Positions 38,356 to 51,669 of a stretch of DNA of 64,000 bases are shown in pieces (position 1 is the first letter of the stretch; each line of letters starts with the position of its first letter). The notes under the pieces are model-generated. The model saw only the letters and a program-made list of their open reading frames with translations, searched no databases and was not told the origin of the DNA. The position numbers and the translations under genes are program-made. This stretch comes from Octopus vulgaris (taxonomy: Eukaryota). The DNA lies in NCBI GenBank assembly GCA_951406725.2, contig OX597815.1:214644001-214708000 (forward strand), in the 5' to 3' direction.

Positions 38356-39345
38356 TTATCCCCTCCTCTAAGCTTGTTAGCCTTGTAACGGATTTGAAAC
38401 CACTTCCATCATCATCAAGGCTGTGAGTTGGCAGAATCGTTAGCAGAATCGTTAGCATGCCAGATGCAATGCTGAACAGCATTTCATCCGTCTTCGTGTT
38501 CTGAGCTCAAATCCCACCAAGGTCAACTTTGCCTTTCATCTTTATTGGATTGATAAAATAAGCAGCAGTTGAGTGCTGGGGTTGATGTAATTGACTTCAC
38601 CCTCCCCTCAAAAGCAAACACTAACTCTGAGATACATGCAATCCTATAAGCCATTCATCATCTTTATGTTGTTTTGGTTCCCTTGGAGAATTCAGAAATT
38701 CCCCTGCTCTCTCTCTCCCTACTCTCTCTTCCCTACTCTTTCAACTCTGCTCTCTCTTTCCCCTTCTCTTTCTTTCTCTCCCTCTCTTTCCTTCTCTCTC
38801 TCCAACACAACTCTGTGCATCTCTACACCCACAGCACCAGTTATTAACCACAACCTTATTTCTACAACAACCATACTTCTCTTTTCCTCAAAATAGCCAA
38901 GAACTCCATACTACTCATAAAACGTTGAAACCAATGAACAGTTTTGTTATGACAATAATGGGACTTTTCATTCTACTTATATTAATTTCATTACATCAAC
39001 CTTATGCATAACCTAAATATCATATTCCTCATTGGCCAATGTCTAACTGTATGGACATTCAGTTTATTGAAGAATTTGCCTGACAATACTTTTATCCAAA
39101 GCGTTTAAGTGTAAAGTTACACTTTCTCTTTCTCACACATCACATGGAACTAAAACCTTATTACGTTCATTCTGTGTATCAGCTTTTTTTTGTTTATTAA
39201 ACTTAATTTAAATAAATGTATAGTTTTCATTGAGAGAGAATGTTTGTTTCTTTGTGAAAGCTAGAAAGGAAAATGTTTGTTTGTAGATTATATATAAAAC
39301 CTCTTCATATTTGAATGATAAGATCAGGTCAGTTTTGTAATGTAC

Positions 39346-39382
<37 letters not shown>

Positions 39383-39850
39383 GTAATCCAGGAAAAGGGA
39401 GGGAGTGTTTATGGTGTTCATGCTTTTTGTGTCAGAAGTTTGAAATAGTGTTGTAATGTTTATATTTGCTACTTGTATGTTTGCCTTTTGGAGTGTTAGA
39501 TGGCTAAGTTGATAGGGTAAGGGTAAGCAGCCATTGAGCTTGGTGGTTCGTATGCTCTAACCAACTCTGTGTTCCAGCACTTAGCTCTCACATGGCCCAA
39601 TCCAATTCAAGTAGAGGTACAAAAACAACACATCTCTTGTAAGTAGTGACTGCACCATTAAATGGATAAGTGGTTTCCTGTGCTGAACCCATCTTTTTTT
39701 TTGTGAGTTTCACTTGAAAAGAGAAACATGCTAATAGGCTGGTCTGATTCAGTTGAACAATGTAAAAATAACATTTTCAAATCTTTCAATGCTTCAAACA
39801 GATCAAAACAAAGACAAAACCCCCACTTTTGTGAGAAGGAAAATGTATGT

Positions 39851-40243
39851 TCCTATATATATAAAGCTGAAGTTGTCTGTGTATGGCAGGTTTGGTAGCC
39901 TTCAACTAACACTATCTCCTCCGAGACCCTGCGGCACAAGTCGACCAAAATTGAGAGTATGATAGAAGAAGGCTTGCTCTTCCTTCAGTAGAAGAAAAAT
40001 TCTAATCGGACCATGTTAACACCAAAAGTTATTTATATCAAAAAGGTGCTTTTTTTTTCTATGAAAATCCCTATTTTTTACAATTTTTTTGACTGCTGTG
40101 TTGCCATTTTACAGTGTATTTCAACCAGAAAAATGTTCACTTAAAGAGAATAACAAGCTACATAATGCAAAATTTTTACTTTTCAAAAATTCCAATTCAA
40201 AAGGGTTGAAACAAACCCAACCAATGCCAGGCAATACTGCTAG
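39851..40243 (+). mobile_element. Non-autonomous Helitron-like element
   Basis: tcctatatatataaagctg start; end cccaaccaatgccaggcaatactgCTAG|T, same terminus type as 716-743. Confidence 0.7.
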
Positions 40244-40262
40244 TTTTAGGTTAAAAACAAAT

Positions 40263-40440
40263 TTAGCCCTTTAGCCCTTAAACAAGCCAGATCTGGCCTC
40301 TCACGTTTACTTTACAATGTCATGGTAAAAATAAACCATCACATCATTGAAATTTTGCAGCACAAGATAATGCATGATTAATTGAAATCAAGGTGCATAA
40401 ATAAGCATTACATTTGACAGAAGAGTCTGAATGGGGAAGG
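40263..40440. mobile_element. Decayed piggyBac-like MITE (family of 14339-14833, inverted)
   Basis: ccctttagc start; reverse-complement homology to 14339-14730. Confidence 0.55.
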
Positions 40441-40499
40441 AGCCAAAGGACTAATGTTTCATTGTACTCTCATACACTCAGTATTTCATCCACAATATA

Positions 40500-40870
40500 C
40501 TCTTTTCTTTTACTTGTTTCAGTCATTTGACTGTGGCCATGCTGGAGCACCGCCTTTTTTAGTCAAACAAATCGACCTCAGGACTTATTCTTTGCAAGCC
40601 TAGTACTTATTCTATCAGTCTCTTTTGCTGAACTGCTAAGTTACGGGGGACGTAAATACACCAGCATTGGTTGTCAAGCGATGTTGGGGGAGACAAACAC
40701 AGGCACACATATATATGACAGGCTTCTTTTCAGTTTCCGTCTAGCAAATCCACAAAGCTTTGGTCGGCCCGAGGCTATAGTAGAAGACACTTGCCCAAGG
40801 TGCCACGCAGTGGGATTGAACCCAGAACCATGTGGTTCGTAAGCAAGCTACTTACCACACAGCTACTTCT
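40500..40870 (-). mobile_element. Family-A SINE
   Basis: Reverse complement of 32987-33397; followed by an inverted copy of its own tail at 40873-40908. Confidence 0.9.
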
Positions 40871-41097
40871 TTGGTCAAATGACTGAAACAAGTAAAAGAG
40901 TAAAGAGAGACCCCAAAATGATAAAAGGCAAAGCCAACCTTGGTGAGTTTTGAACACTCAACGTAAACACAGATGAAATGCCACAAAGCATTCCACCTGG
41001 GATGCTAACAATTCTGCCAGCCCGTTGCCAAACTGAATTGTAAAATTAGGAGTAAATTATTTTCCTAATTCATTTACTTCTGATGAGAGTAAGTAAT

Positions 41098-41142
<45 letters not shown>

Positions 41143-41562
41143 TTATGAAAGGCAATTGTGTGTCAAGAGGGAAATGGATAAAGAAATGAATAATAATTGA
41201 GATTAATTTGCTGCTCACTCTTGGAGTGTAGGTAACACAGGGTAATTAACCTTGGAAGGTCCTTTTTCTTTGTAAAATCAATAATTAGCTGGAGATTATA
41301 GCAGTGCAGAGAGATATGTTCATCCTTGAGCAAATAATTAGTAAACTCTTGTTTAACATGCAACCAGCCATCTGTAAAACAGCCTCAAGTCTAAACAGTT
41401 GCATATAATTCTGTGGACGTTTTATTACAGCGTTGTTTTGCCTTAACTCTGAGGGACACTTTTATATGTGAGAGCTAATGAAATGTTCAGCACCTTTTAA
41501 TAATACATTGCTATAAGGCAGGCTAATTTAATCAGTGTCTTAAGAATTCTGATGATTTCTAC

Positions 41563-41674
41563 GATGATGATGATGATGATGATGAGTAGTAGTAGAAGTA
41601 GAAGTAGTAGCAGCAGCAGCAGCAGCAGTGGCAGTTGTAGTAGTAGTAGTAGTAGTAGTGACAGCAGCAGTAGC

Positions 41675-41706
<32 letters not shown>

Positions 41707-41727
41707 CATTTGTAGTAGTAGTAGTAG
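41563..41727. repeat. Compound (GAT)n/(AGT)n/(AGC)n microsatellite
   Basis: Seen directly. Confidence 0.95.
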
Positions 41728-42729
41728 AGTTTTGTTGCTGTTGGTAGGAGTAGGGTGAGAAATCTGTCAAGAAGACTATTTGTATGAAAACACTTGCTTT
41801 TGAGGTCAGAAAATGTCTGTCCTTCTAATCAACAAAAAATGATTACTTCACTGTGAATAAAACAAACCATTTGGTCATAAAATGTGCAAAAGCCTTGTGG
41901 TGTTTGGTGACACTGCATACTAAACAAATGAGAACTTTTGTTTCAAAGCAAGGACTGCTGTCCAGAATGAGTTTTTCTTCTATAATATGTCTATGTGTGT
42001 GTGTTTGGGAGTTTTAATGCTTAAGAATGACTTGGACACTCATGTCAAGCTGTCAAGCTCAGATTTAAACTTAAATGCTGTAAATGTCGATCACTTTTAT
42101 GTCTCTCCCACCCTATGTTATTGCTCCCTTTTTATCTGTTTTACCCTACATCTTTTCTCTATATTCACCCCGTATAATGTTGGGCAGCCCTTGAACCTCT
42201 CCCATATACAACCCACCCTGTCACGTTTTCACATTTGTCCATCTCTTTTTCTCAACCCTGTGACTACTCCCTTTCCACTCCCCTGTTTTCTGCCATGCTC
42301 TCCCATCCTCTTTTCTTACTATCTCTCACTCCTCCATCTGGGATCATCAACCAGTCTAATTTCTGTTCTCCTTCAATTATAAAGCCAGTTTATGCCTTTC
42401 ATGTTACCAGACTATCATCACTGGTGCAGGTGCCACAAAGAAAGCACTCAGTACACTCTGCAAAATGGTTGGCATCACGAAGGGTATCCAGCCATAAAAA
42501 CCGTACCATAATAGACATTAGTGCATGATCTAGTCCTCCAAATCATCAAACACTATCAAACCAGGATGGAAGCTGGACAATAAATGATGATGATGATAAA
42601 AAGTTTGAGCACATACATCTTATTCAAGTACTTGGCCATGTAATACTTACATCATCTGTGAAGTGGATTATTATCAGTGTAATCAATATTTTTCTCATTT
42701 ATGTTTTATTAATATATGGGATATATTTA

Positions 42730-43118
42730 AGATGGTGAGCTGGCAGAATTATTAGCATGCAAGACTGAATGCTTAGCAGAATGTTGTCCATATTTATGTT
42801 CTGAGTTCTAATTACGCTGAGGTCGACTGTACCTTTCTTCCTTTCAGGGTCAATAAAATAAGTACCAGTTGAGCACTGAGTTTCATGCAATCAACATGCC
42901 CCCTCTCTCAAAATTTCTGGCCTTGTGCCAAAATTTGAAATCAGTATTTTGGATATATAAGTTTATGTTCTGAGTTCTAATTACGCTGAGGTCAACTTTG
43001 CCTTTCAGGGTCAATAAAATAAGTACCAGTTGAGTGCTGTGGTCAATGCAATCAACAAATCTCAAAATTTCTGGCCTTGTGCCAAAATTCAAAATCAGTA
43101 TTTTGGATATATAAGTTT
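42730..43118 (+). mobile_element. Family-B SINE with tandem duplication of its 3' two-thirds plus flank
   Basis: 42792-42964 repeated at 42962-43118, including the flank tattttggatatataagttt. Confidence 0.85.
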
Positions 43119-43154
43119 GTGGTATTATCTCCGTGCATTTTTATTTTGACATAT

Positions 43155-43450
43155 TTAAATTTTATTTCCAAAAGTAAATTTAAACAATCTTATTAGAGGT
43201 TTTTCTTCAGCAATTTCTGCCCAAATCTCAGTTCTAAAAGGTAATTCTAAAACAGTGTCTCTGCTAAACTCTGTGATTGAGGAGCTGCTGACAAAAAAGA
43301 CCCTTGGATTGCAGTTTGCCCACAGACACTTGGGTTGCAGTTTGTTCACAACTGATGTAGAGCAAGAATAAGGAAGCCACTGGAAGCAAGGGAAATTTTG
43401 CCTGCCTTCAGATTTGAAACCATCCACTGCAAAAGTCTCTAAAATCTTAT
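43155..43450 (-). CDS. Candidate terminal exon or best-preserved fossil ORF segment, unknown product
   Basis: Long pyrimidine tract plus TTACAG acceptor (AG at 43452-43451); 97 uninterrupted codons KILETFAVDGFKSEGRQNFPCFQWLPY...FTFGNKI*; AATAAA just downstream. Confidence 0.4.
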
Positions 43451-45099
43451 CTGTAAAAAAAAAAGAACAGAGAAGAAGAGAAAAGAAATTTGAGCCTTAC
43501 AATCAAAACAATAATTTAACATAAGTAGCATAGCTATAAAAATATAAAATAAACGATTCATTAGTTTTCTCAGTACAGAAGCACTACAAAGATTGTTATG
43601 CATTGACAAGTGTCCCTTGCTAATAAAAAAGTTATCCTCCCTCTAATATAGAGGCTCTTGTATGCCTAACTAATTACTTTTGAATTCATTACATTTATCA
43701 CAAACTTAAAGTAAAAGTTGAGTTCAAGTATAATTTTCTTTTTAATGTTTGTATGCTACTCTCCACATCCTGCTCACGAAACTGTGACGTTTTCACTGGA
43801 ATAATTTCATTGTTACTTATTAGAACTGATGTATAAGAATACTCTGAGAAATAAGTGTGTGTGTATATATATATAATAACAAAATAATAATTAAAACATA
43901 TGTATATATACATACATATATGTACATACCTACATCTATATGTATATATACATGCTTATATATATATATATATATATATATAACCCATGCTAGCATGGAG
44001 AACGGACGTTAAACGATGATGATTATTTAATTATTTAATAATGGTCTGATTCAGCTCCACATAACTTGAAGTTTTGTAGGCTTATATATATATATATATA
44101 CATAAACACACACACACACATGATGATCTATCAGTTTCTCTACCATATCCACTCATTAGACTTTGATTGGCCTAGAGATATAGTGGAAGACACTTGCCCA
44201 AGGTGCCATGAAGTGGGACTGAACTTGGAACCATCTAGTTGAGAAACAAACTACTTACCACAGAGCCATGCCTGTGGTACTCTTATGAGTTGAATTTGTG
44301 AAACAAACTATGCTGAACCCCATTTTCTACACACACATGCACTCTACCCATCATCCTTATCTCCACCCCCATCAAGAATGCAGAGGCCTATTGATTAACC
44401 TATTAGAAAACTAAAATACCTGAGTCAGTATAACACTTTTTTGACTCAGCCAGCCAGAGTTCAATATCGGTAACATACTTAGTAATTCTTTTAAGTGTCT
44501 TCTACAGAACCACTCCACTGGAAAATTAATAAATATTCCAAGAATTATTGTCTGGTGTGTGGGGTGGGGAAGTGAAAATGGGAAGAATCAGACAGGGGCC
44601 AAAGTTTAGGAGAAAAGAATAATTATATTATGAAGCCAAGGATAAAATTAGATTTCTACTGTTAAGAAGTGAAATACTCTGACAATCTAGTTTTTTTCTT
44701 TCTTTTATGTGTGGGGTGGGACAAAAAGTGCAGGCTTGGCTTTGTACTTAAAACTTCACTTCTCAACTATGCGGCTCCAGATTCAGTCTGAATTAGCAAG
44801 GCTTTGGGAAAGTGCCTTCCACTTGAGGTCTGGGTGAATTTGGTACTTGAATCTATATGGAAGGTAATCATTATATACATGTGTGTGTGTTTGTCCCCAC
44901 ACTATTTGGAAACCAGTGTTGGTTTGTTTACATCCTTGTAACTTAGTATTCCAACAAAAGAAGCTGATAGAATAAGTACCAAACTCAAAAATAAATGCTA
45001 GGGTTGATTTGTTTGACTAAACCCTTCAAGGTAGTGCCCCAGCATGGCTGAAATTCAGTGACTAAAGCACATAAAAGAATATAAGATTATAAGAATAAA

Positions 45100-45480
45100 A
45101 GTGGGTAAGATCCAAGAACACATAGCTCTTAAGAGAAAGTAACTCTCTTCAAATTCTGCATCTTTATAACTACTAGGTTCATGGTACTTGTTGCACCAGA
45201 CCACTACAAGTTTGAAGAATGAGCAAACGGGACTGGCTCTGCCCATTATAATGATGTCTTTTGGGGTAATTTTCTAAACATTTAAAAAAGATTAATGGAG
45301 TAATTTTGTTGTGCCTTAATGGAATAAATCCCAGCAGAAAATTCAGTGGGTGGAACCCTAAAGTAGTTTTGTACGGTTATACTTAACCAATATCTGACAT
45401 CAGCAGCCCCATGGTTGCCATAAATGTATTGATTTGTCTTTTCTTCATGGCATATCCATATAAGGAAAGATGGTAAGTAT
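45100..45480 (-). pseudogene. Fossil ORF fragment, unknown family
   Basis: PSFLIWICHEEKTNQYIYGNHGAADVRYWLSITVQNYFRVPPTEFSAGIYSIKAQQNYSINLF*MFRKL, then frameshifts to MGRASPVCSFFKL. Confidence 0.45.
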
Positions 45481-45539
45481 ATTTGGCATTAGACTGTTGC
45501 TTCTAGAAACAAGCCAGGTACTTCAGAGTTGATTAAAAC

Positions 45540-45885
45540 CTCACCTAGACCATCTTTGGTTGTGAATGACCATGGGATGTGCACCTAGAAAGTTCCCCTC
45601 TAAGGCACAAGTCTGGGCATGGTTGTTTGTGGAAGATCAGCAGTCACCCATGCATACCAGCCTCGCTTCTCAATATCATCAATATTGTTCAAGAGAAAGG
45701 CAAAGGCTGATACAGCTTGGCACCATTGATGTCGCAAATCATTTCTACAGCTGAGAGAACTGGAGCAACATCAAATAAAATGCCTTGCTCAAGAAACACA
45801 GCACACAGCTTAGTCCAGGAATCAAACTTACAACCTCACGATCACAAGTCCAACACTCTAACCACTGAACCATGAACCATGCACA
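45540..45885 (-). mobile_element. Family-F CORE-like SINE
   Basis: Reverse complement of 3311-3645. Confidence 0.75.
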
Positions 45886-48199
45886 TGGTTAAATTATTGT
45901 CTCTGCAGTACCATTGGCCAACCATCTAATTTATTTTCCTATATTTCTCATCGAATTCATGCTAACACCAGTTTATCACTAGTTGGTTATTAATTCTAGT
46001 TATTATCAGTTCTTTCCAGCAGATATTTTTGCTGGCAAGGCAGGGGTGGTGGATGTAGCGAGTTGTGGGGAAGGTGTTTAGTTTTGTTTCACTATTTTAA
46101 TCAGATTAAAAAACTATTGATATTGAATTTTCTTTCACACTCTTTGCCTTATGCTTTCCTCATCGATTTAATAATTTCTTTGTCATCTGAACTTTTTATC
46201 TGTTTTTATTATTTATTTCTATTTCTATTATTTATTTATTTTTTTAATTTATCTATTTACCGATCTGGAATCTGATTTGGATTTTATATCAATAAAACCT
46301 ACATTAATCCTAGACATTTCATTACCATCATCTGACCAGGACTGGAGTTAGCTAATTAATGATGCAGCTAACACATTTTCCTGTGTGTGTGTGTGTGTGT
46401 GTAATGTGAGAGAGTGCATGTGTAATTCTTATTATGTGGATCAGCTATGTGCAAATGATACACAGGCTGCTGCCTCTAAAATACAGCTTGAGTGTGTGTG
46501 TATACTCACATGTGCATGTCAGTGTGTTTGCATAAATGCATTTGAATATGTATGTACATATGTGTGTATTTATCTATACAAGAGTGTATGTATGTCTGTA
46601 TATATGTGAATGTATAATACTTCATTTTCATATCTTTCATGTGGTCTGTTAAGAAGTCTGTAGTTACATTTAAAAAAATGCTGTTGTAGTCATAGGTTGT
46701 GCAAGTGGCTTAGATTACTAACTGCAAGGCCATGTGTTCAAATTTTCATTCAGCTACTGTTTCATTATTAGAGTAACTAAGTTGTTTATCCAACTTTTTG
46801 ATCTGGCAGCCAAATCTTCCTCAGTAACCTACCAACCTATCCTGTTTTTAATGAGCCAATATGGGAGGCCTCTGTGCAGTCAATCAACCTGCTAGAAACA
46901 GCAACCAAATTTCCCTAAAACATTAATCTACGGTAGTAAATGAATGCATAGGATTATGTCCATAATGGTCTTTGTATATTATGTCTAAAAATAAACATGA
47001 TGGCTATGGTTGGACTACATTTGGTCATTGCTTTGTTCAGTCAAAATTGAGCAACAACAATAACAACCTCATCTTGTTTATTAAAATGGTAATGACTTAT
47101 CTTTTACTTGTTTCAGTCATTGGACTGCAATCATGCTGGTGCCCCGCCTTGAAGGATTCAGTTGAACGAGTCAACCCCAGTATTTATTCTTTTAAACCTG
47201 GTACTCGTTCAATCAGTTTCTTTTGCTGAACTGCCAAGTTACAGGAATGTAATCAAATCAACACCAGTTGTCAAGCAGTGGAGGGGAGGGACTAAATCAT
47301 AAGATTTTGGTTGGCCTATGTCTATCGTAGAAGACACTTGCCCAAGGTGCTGTGCAGTGGGACTGAACCCGGAACTGTGTGGTTTGGAAACCAGCTTCTT
47401 ACCACACTTTTTAATTTTTAGAATTACATTCCTAATATAAAAAAAATATTTTAATAGTCTTTCTTCTGCAGGAAAAACAACCCCTTGAATTATCTAGGTC
47501 ATATTTTTTCCCCTTCCTTCAACTTTCAACAAATTTATCTGGATGCCCTCCACTCCTTCTCTCAGCTGAGTGATCCATGTCTTGCAGGCTCGTGGGTGCT
47601 TGTGCCATGTAAAAAGTACCCATTTCAGTGTCACATAAAAAGCACCTGTACCAATGCCTTGTGAAAAGCACTTGTGCTGGTACCACATAAAGATCACCCT
47701 TGCTAGTGCCTTGTCAAAGGTACCCAGTACACTCTGTAAACTTTTTGGCATTAGGAAGGGCATCCAGCCATATTGAAACAGACCATTGGAGCCTGGACAG
47801 CTTTCTGGCTGGCCGCCAATCCTCTCAAAGTGCCTAAAGCCCATGCCAGCATGGAAAACAGACATTAAATGATGATGATGATGTTAAAGATTCTAAACTA
47901 CTCATCTAGATTTTTCCAATATTTCATTCCAGGTCTGTCATGAGCCCCAGGGCTCATAATGCCAGACCGTAGCTCAGTTTACATGGCATATAAGTAACTG
48001 ACATCACAACACTGCCCCACCCCCAAACATAATACCAGTTTTTTGCAGGGTTAACTTCCCAGCTATTGTTGGAAATAATTGACAGCTGAGTGGACTGGAG
48101 CAATTTGAAATGAAGTGTCTTGCTCAAGAACGCAATGCACCACCCAGTCAATCAAAACCACAGCCTCATGATTATAAGTGCAGCACTCTAAACACTAGG

Positions 48200-49090
48200 C
48201 TACTTGTTTCCACAGTATTTCATCCTAACACAGTTTAAAAATGATTTGAACACCTCCTCCTCCTTATTTTTCTCCTCAGGATATCTCTTATTATAAAAGA
48301 AATATTTTCTGTATTCATTCATGTCTGCAAAATAAGAATTAGGATATGCATAAGTTTCAATATTGTTGTCACCAATGTGTACATGTCTATACAAGATTTA
48401 ACCTGATTATTTTTTAATTTCATGAATACAAGTTCTTACTCATTCAAAAATTTGGATAAAATCAAATCCATTAATCATTAATGCAAGTTTTTTAACAGTT
48501 TACATTATATGAAATAGCCTGTTTAATGCTTTCATTTGCTTGAAAAGCAAGAAATAAGCATTGGTAAATGAAGTCTACTGCTTATGAACCCTTTCATTAC
48601 TGTATTTCTGTTGAGATGCTCTGTGTTTCTTTCACTTATTTTAGATATAACAAAGAATTTAGGAAAATAACTTAGTTATCATTAAGCTAGTGTGACTAAG
48701 CTTAATGATTGTGACTAAGGTTTGGTGGAAGGATTTAACTCAAAACTTATGAAAACAAGATATTTGTATTACAAAGCCAGAGCCAGTTTCAGCCAGGTTA
48801 GTATTGAAAGGGTTAATCTCACTTACATGGCTGTCTGTTTATCCATCCATTCGTTTTCTTTATCTACTGGGCTTGTGAGGACAATCACGATAAGCTCCTC
48901 AGGCACTTCCTCCAGAGGGTCTTGCAAAAAGCAACTGTCATTAGATTTTCTACTTAGATCTCCAAACATGACCAACTGTGAGTATTGATATTATCCAACC
49001 ATCTAGTTCTTTGTTTACACATAGTTCTCCTGCCAGTCGGATAAGCTTGAAAAATCCATCATGCATTTCTTTCCTGTGACGTTCTAATTG
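48200..49090 (-). pseudogene. Fossil ORF fragment interrupted by a TTAA MITE
   Basis: RKEMHDGFFKLIRLAGELCVNKELDGWIISIL / FLQDPLEEVPEELIVIVLT / AVDFIYQCLFLAF (48572-48543) / YFADMNEYRKYFFY (48334-48293). Confidence 0.5.
48589..48812. mobile_element. piggyBac-like MITE (inverted copy of 14419-14636)
   Basis: tgaa|ccctttcattac ... gaaaggg|ttaa. Confidence 0.85.
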
Positions 49091-49095
49091 GATGG

Positions 49096-49316
49096 TTCTA
49101 CACACGCATCATACAGTCTGCCTTTCACTCTGTGCGAGAGGCCTTTTGTCACCAGCAGAGGTAAGAGCTCTCTGAACTTTGCCCAAGCTATTCTTACTCT
49201 AGCAGTTACACTTTCAGCACACCCACCCCCGCTGCTGACTTGGTCACCTAGGTAACGGAAACTATCAACTATTTCTAGTTTTTCTCCCTGGAAAGTGACG
49301 GAAGTTGGTCTCAGAG
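49096..49316 (-). mobile_element. Internal fragment of the PHD-RT RTE LINE
   Basis: FQGEKLEIVDSFRYLGDQVSSGGGCAESVTARVRIAWAKFRELLPLL. Confidence 0.9.
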
Positions 49317-49334
49317 CATTATATATATACATAT

Positions 49335-49928
49335 ACTCTTACTCTTTTACTTGTTTCTGTCATTTAACTGTGGCCATGCTGTAAGCCTAGTACTTATTCT
49401 ATCATTCTCTTTTGCCGAACCACTAAGTTACAGGGATGTAAACATACCAGCATTGGTTGTCAAGTGATGTTGAGGGTACAAACACAGACACACAAACATA
49501 TACACACACATATATATATAAATATATTTAAATGTGACCTCGTGTGAACCATTGGTGATTTTTTTCCCTCCGTCTTCCCTTCCGTGGATCTTTCCTTCTC
49601 CTATGTTTTCGACAAAGAGCTCCACTCGAAACGTTGAACCCTCCTTCTTTCCTTCTTTCCTGAGCGTCCAATAATACTATATTTGTTCCACATCCTCGCG
49701 TTGTTGTGTTTTTTTTTTGTGCTTTCTTGTTTGGATTAACTATATATATATATATACATATATACGACAGGCTTCTTTCAGTTTCCATCTACCAAATCCA
49801 CTCACAAGGCTTTGGTCGGCCCGAGGCTATAGTAAAAGACACTTGCCCAAGGTGCCACGCAGTGGGACTGAACCCAGAACCATGTGGTTCGTAAGCAAGT
49901 TACTTACCACACAGCCACTTCCACGCTT
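49335..49928 (-). mobile_element. Family-A SINE split by a Penelope-like fragment (49527-49740)
   Basis: Tail 49335-49500, head 49762-49928; insert homologous to 8738-8935 sits in the internal (TA)n. Confidence 0.8.
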
Positions 49929-49952
49929 ATATATATATATATATATATATAT

Positions 49953-49985
<33 letters not shown>

Positions 49986-50389
49986 GGGTTGTTGTTTTTT
50001 TAATTCATACATCAAACATATCTTTAAGCTCAATATCTTTGAAAAAAATTGAAATGAAAATCCTTAGACTTATAAGAACTGATTATTAGCAAACTTTCAA
50101 GCAGTTGCAATGGAACTGTGTAAGCAGCCATGTTACAATTGTGCAATGGTAGCTTTTGACATCATGTGAAATAAATTTGAAGTGAATTTAATAGTTTTGT
50201 GTGTTATTAAATGGGCTCTTCCATGATGTAGTTGCTTAATTCATTATGATTTATTAATGTTTTTTGAGTAATTTTTCTCAGATTCCATTTTGTAAATGAA
50301 TAAGCCAACTGCTTTTATAGTTATTAAATTTCATTTGGAGTCTTAAGCTGTGTTTTATATATTTATATATATATATATATATATATATA

Positions 50390-50742
50390 CGAGCAAAATG
50401 CTCCTAATCCAATGGACGGTGTTGAGTTGTCAAACATTTAAACCAAATTTTCTCAAAGCAACTTGTCCAACCATCTCATAGGTCTCCCCTTTGAGACCCC
50501 TGATTTAACTTAAATTTGAGACACCAGCAAAAGAAAAAATAAAGATAGACTTTTTTATTATTCCAAAGAAAAACGATTTTATTCACTTTATTGATCACAT
50601 TCTCACCTGGAATCGATTTTTGTAATTTTTTCAAGACTCACCCTGATATCGTCGGTATCTACATATCAAATTTGAGCGCAATCGGATGGAGGATGCCCGA
50701 GATCCTAGAAGACACACACACACAGATGGACAGAATGGATTT

Positions 50743-50750
<8 letters not shown>
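50390..50750 (-). mobile_element. Helitron/Helentron-like element (deletion derivative of 15798-16352)
   Basis: Reverse-complement homology at both ends; inserted in (TA)n. Confidence 0.75.
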
Positions 50751-50788
<38 letters not shown>

Positions 50789-51669
50789 TATCATATCATA
50801 TATATAGCAATTCATCAGTTACTTGTGTATCATAAGAAATTATGCTGAACATTATAACTTCATGCACCTCAATTACTTGCATGAAAATTTCATCATTCAT
50901 ATTTTAGATCGAACAAGCTTTTAATAAGAGATATTAATTTTTAATTTATGTGGTAGTGACATATGGAAAGTGCTAACCACTTTGCCAAATGGCAAACAAC
51001 CAAATCTTAATACAATGATGATGTTGTTCTCTTAGACAAAATACTTCATTCTACTTGTTTCAATCAGTTTATCTAAAAATATCTACCACTCCTATTATTT
51101 TCGTTTTGTCCATTTCAGCATTAATCTAGCAGACCTGTGATCATAGATCTTTCAGCTGGGGCCATCATAAAGCACTGCAATGTCCAGTATGTCCTTTCCT
51201 TGTTAAAAAAGTAGATTGTTTGTTGAAGTTTTGGCTGCTGTTTCATGCAGGTTAAATAACTCTGTTGAGGTCTTCTTGTTGGCTTACATACCATCCTTCT
51301 TTCTGAATTAAGTAGCTTACATCCATGTTTGATAGCAGCAAACTCTAAAATTTTTTATGAATGGATGATGTACGTTTTCATGTAACCTTACAACAACCAG
51401 AGATCCTCTACATGGTCGTTTGACTGTATAGAAACTACAACTAAATATCCCTCAAATCATACACCATCTTTTTAAGTAAGTAAGAACACATTTGTTATTA
51501 CAATGCCTGATATACAAAAATACAAGATGATTATGACTGGATTATTTTTGAACATATGTTTGCTCAATCAGGGTTAGCCTGGGGCTAAACAGCTACAGCC
51601 TATATCAGTGTAGTAAATGAAAGCATATTGAAGGGAAAATGAAATAAAAACTGCAATATTTATACCACA

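Noticed and set aside
41497-41770. Poly-Leu/Ser/Thr ORFs
   Set aside because: Trinucleotide microsatellite translations
43155-43250. Loose resemblance of EEKPL...FTFGNKI* to the GREB1-family C-terminus
   Set aside because: Only a few residues match from memory, and no other GREB1-like exon was found
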